Part shown: piece after piece, positions 61,788-64,000 of the stretch
How positions within the stretch are numbered: the stretch's first letter is position 1
Layout: each line of letters begins with the position of its first letter
From: Paragordius varius
Taxonomy: Eukaryota > Animalia > Nematomorpha
Reading direction: 5' to 3'
Assembly (NCBI GenBank): GCA_964247055.1
Contig: OZ176054.1
Span: 12,090,001 to 12,154,000 of the forward strand
DNA length: 64,000 nucleotides
Translations under genes and position numbers: made by a program
The notes under the pieces: model-generated
The model's input: only the letters and a program-made list of their open reading frames with translations
The model's database searches: none
Told to the model about the DNA's origin: nothing

Positions 61788-62012
61788 TCATGCTCTTCTA
61801 GTATTTCTTCTATTATTCGCTGTAGCTCTTGCCCTTGTTCGGGGAGTTCTAGCCGAATTTCTGCCTCTTGCAGTTCTACCAGGCCTGGCTGTTCTTGGAC
61901 CTTTGGTTGTACGAGCAGAACGTCGCGCATTATTTGGCGTCCTTCTCGTATTGGGTTTAGTGGGTCTAGCTCGTGTTCTTCTAGTAATAGGAGTTCTTGT
62001 AGGCCCTAACAT
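61788..62012 (-). CDS. Orphan Arg/Thr-rich basic ORF (74 aa; protamine-like, or the terminal exon of an unrecognised gene)
   Basis: A GC-rich island in AT-rich surroundings. About 23 Arg and 15 Thr in 74 aa, with no acidic or aromatic residues. Third codon positions are mostly A/T, as expected for a host gene. A TTAG acceptor overlaps the first codons. No family homology was recognised. Confidence 0.4.
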   Translation of the reverse strand: MLGPTRTPITRRTRARPTKPNTRRTPNNARRSARTTKGPRTARPGRTARGRNSARTPRTRARATANNRRNTRRA

Positions 62013-62226
62013 ATGTATTTAAAATATTGTTTAAAGTTGTTTCAGGTAAATTTAAAATTGTATATCATATAGCATTCAAAGGCAACAGACAAAATGGAAT
62101 ACCTATGCCAAGATGGTGGACTGTGTTACAAAAGAATCGAATAGGTTTATTAAAATTAAATGATCGGAAATAGAAGTGGAAAGAAGTAGTTATAATAATT
62201 TGCAATTTGTTGATTTTGCCCTAGAG

Positions 62227-63887
62227 CAGGGCTTCTTAAACTATGTGCGACCCCATTTGGGGTCGCGTAGCAAAATTATGGGGTCGCGAGTGATAAAAAT
62301 ACAGTTTAAGGAAAAATGTTTTTTAACTTGTAAAATTATTCTTATAAAAAAATAACAATCATCGTAGATAAATATATCATAAAATCTTCTGGTTCGGAAG
62401 GACTGTTTTATATCAGCATTTCTATTCCGATCATTATATCTAATGTATTTATAAAAATAGAAGATGCTGGCTTTGCGATCTGTTTCCGGAAAACCGGTAG
62501 ACCCATTCAAATCCAAACATCAAAAAAATATAATCATTAATGCATGCCCCGACAATAACTTCGCCCTTTTTTGAATTAGGTTTCCAGTTCGGGCCCACCC
62601 CGTGATGGTTTTTTTAGAAAACAGAAATCCAGAAAATCGTGTCTTTGAGACAATTTTCCGGAAAACGTGTTGTACCTTATTATTTTTTTCACTATCTTTA
62701 TAATTCTATCTGATTTCAAACGTGATTATTTTTACTTTTTTTTCGATTGCGCCGAACCCAGCCAGCTTACTTTTTTAATTTATTTGTTTGCCCAGGGCAT
62801 GAGACAGTTAAAATTCCCTGAGAATTCGAGTTCTCAGTTAAAAGGCAAAAAATTTAGTCTTGCATTTTTTTATTATTGGCTGCAAGGCAAACAGATAACC
62901 GCTAAAACTGCGCCACTATATAGAAATTGCGTTGTTCTGGAGCTAATTTACAGAAAATTTAAGAAACCATATGAGCTCATTACTCGAAATATTACATTAA
63001 GGTCGGGTTTTTTTATTAGCCATTAATTTGGGGCCTTTAATGCCCTAAAACGCCATCATATAACGATTATTTAGTGTTGAGGTGTTTTTTCGAATAATCC
63101 ATGAGACGATGGTATCAAAGATGATTCCAAATATTTGCCCTATAAAGGCAAAGAATTTAAATCAGCGCTTTCATATAGTATGGGTAGGGGTCTACCGATT
63201 TAAAACTGAGACGCCATACAAAATAGGCGTAGTTTTGGAGCTAATATTCAAAAAACTTAAGAAGCCATCCGAGTTCAGTTAAACAAATTTCTGTGGAATT
63301 TGTATAATATCATTCTTTCCTTTAAAGGGACCACAAATGATTTACTTTTTATATCCCTTGATCCCAGCTGTATGAAGACAATTTCAAATTAGAACTTTTA
63401 ACCATGATTTCGTAAAACGAAAATTTTAAGATAAATCCAATGATAGTTGAATATTAACTTTAATAGGGGACAGTAAAAATATGGTTAATTTCGAATCAAC
63501 AATATTTCAGCCTATGCAAAAACCCGTAACAGAATAATTAAAGTTCTTTTTATTAAATATGTTTATTATTATTTTTTATCTCCATTAATCTATTTACTGA
63601 AAATTATAAAGAATATTTATCGGGAGACTACGCCACACCGAAACGTGACAAGGCCTGCAAGTATCTTGTATAAATTTACTATGAATTAAAAAATGTTATA
63701 GAAATTTAAAAATGTAGATTTATTTTTCTCAATCTCTCAAAACCGAAAAACTCCTGATAAATATTATCAACAAAATTTCTAAGTGTTATTTCGAAGAAAC
63801 TATTATTTTACTTTTATTTTCTTGGGGTCCCTAAGCTACTCGCAATCATAAATGGGGTCGGGAACTACAAAAGTTTAAGAAGCCCTG
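62227..63887. mobile_element. hAT (Charlie-like) MITE containing a nested Helitron
   Basis: Perfect 16-bp TIR CAGGGCTTCTTAAACT / AGTTTAAGAAGCCCTG. Perfect 8-bp TSD CCCTAGAG (62219-62226 and 63888-63895). Confidence 0.92.
62439..63661 (+). mobile_element. Non-autonomous Helitron, copy C
   Basis: Starts TCTAATGTATTTATAAAAATAG after an A. The body is homologous to copies A and B with a shorter array. The 3' region matches 54850-55223 and ends in CGCCACACCGAAACGTGAC..GCAAG (CTAG mutated), followed by T. Confidence 0.78.
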
Positions 63888-64000
63888 CCCTAGAGCATTA
63901 TCTACCTATTTTTATTGGAAAACTTGTCTGGTTGATATAATTTAAGTTATCAATGATTACGCTTTTGATATTGGATTTGTGTCCTTTGTAAGTATTATAT

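Noticed and set aside
61781-62030. Plus-strand hydrophobic multi-TM-like frame (HVHALLVFLLLF...)
   Set aside because: It has no start codon, and L/V/A/G-rich frames are the expected antisense product of R/T/P-rich ORFs. It is not fully excluded and is noted in the finding.
1-64000. Prokaryotic or viral origin, or a horizontally acquired operon
   Set aside because: All recognisable genes are metazoan-type with GT-AG introns. No operon structure, rRNA or tRNA genes, or viral hallmark genes were seen.

Overview
Very AT-rich eukaryotic (invertebrate animal) genomic DNA with spliceosomal GT-AG introns; the species cannot be determined from the sequence. Five multi-exon genes were reconstructed by hand with consistent exon phases. 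(1) A divergent TGF-beta-family ligand (+, 3781-14012, ~362 aa) that lacks the inter-chain dimerisation cysteine. (2) A secreted Asn/Asp-rich protein ending in an atypical 4-Cys Kunitz domain (-, 27789-25821, ~446 aa). (3) A single-domain M14B (N/E-type) zinc carboxypeptidase (+, 30033-35457, ~409 aa). (4) Cytoplasmic tyrosyl-tRNA synthetase with a C-terminal EMAP-II-like domain (-, 44676-35897, ~554 aa), whose first intron is only 24 nt. (5) A Vsx/Chx10/ceh-10-type homeobox gene with a split CVC domain (-, 52036-49094, ~371 aa). There is also an orphan Arg/Thr-rich, protamine-like ORF (-, 62012-61788). The rest is mostly transposon-derived: a full-length RTE LINE with an 11-bp TSD, two RTE 3' fragments, a decayed Gypsy internal region, mariner, hAT and Chapaev-type transposase relics (the last as a ~1-kb fold-back inside a TyrRS intron), three non-autonomous Helitrons carrying satellite-like arrays, several hAT MITEs with 8-bp TSDs, and CAC..GTG MITEs with TWA TSDs. 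No rRNA, tRNA or CRISPR array was recognised. All gene models are manual and lack transcript support.
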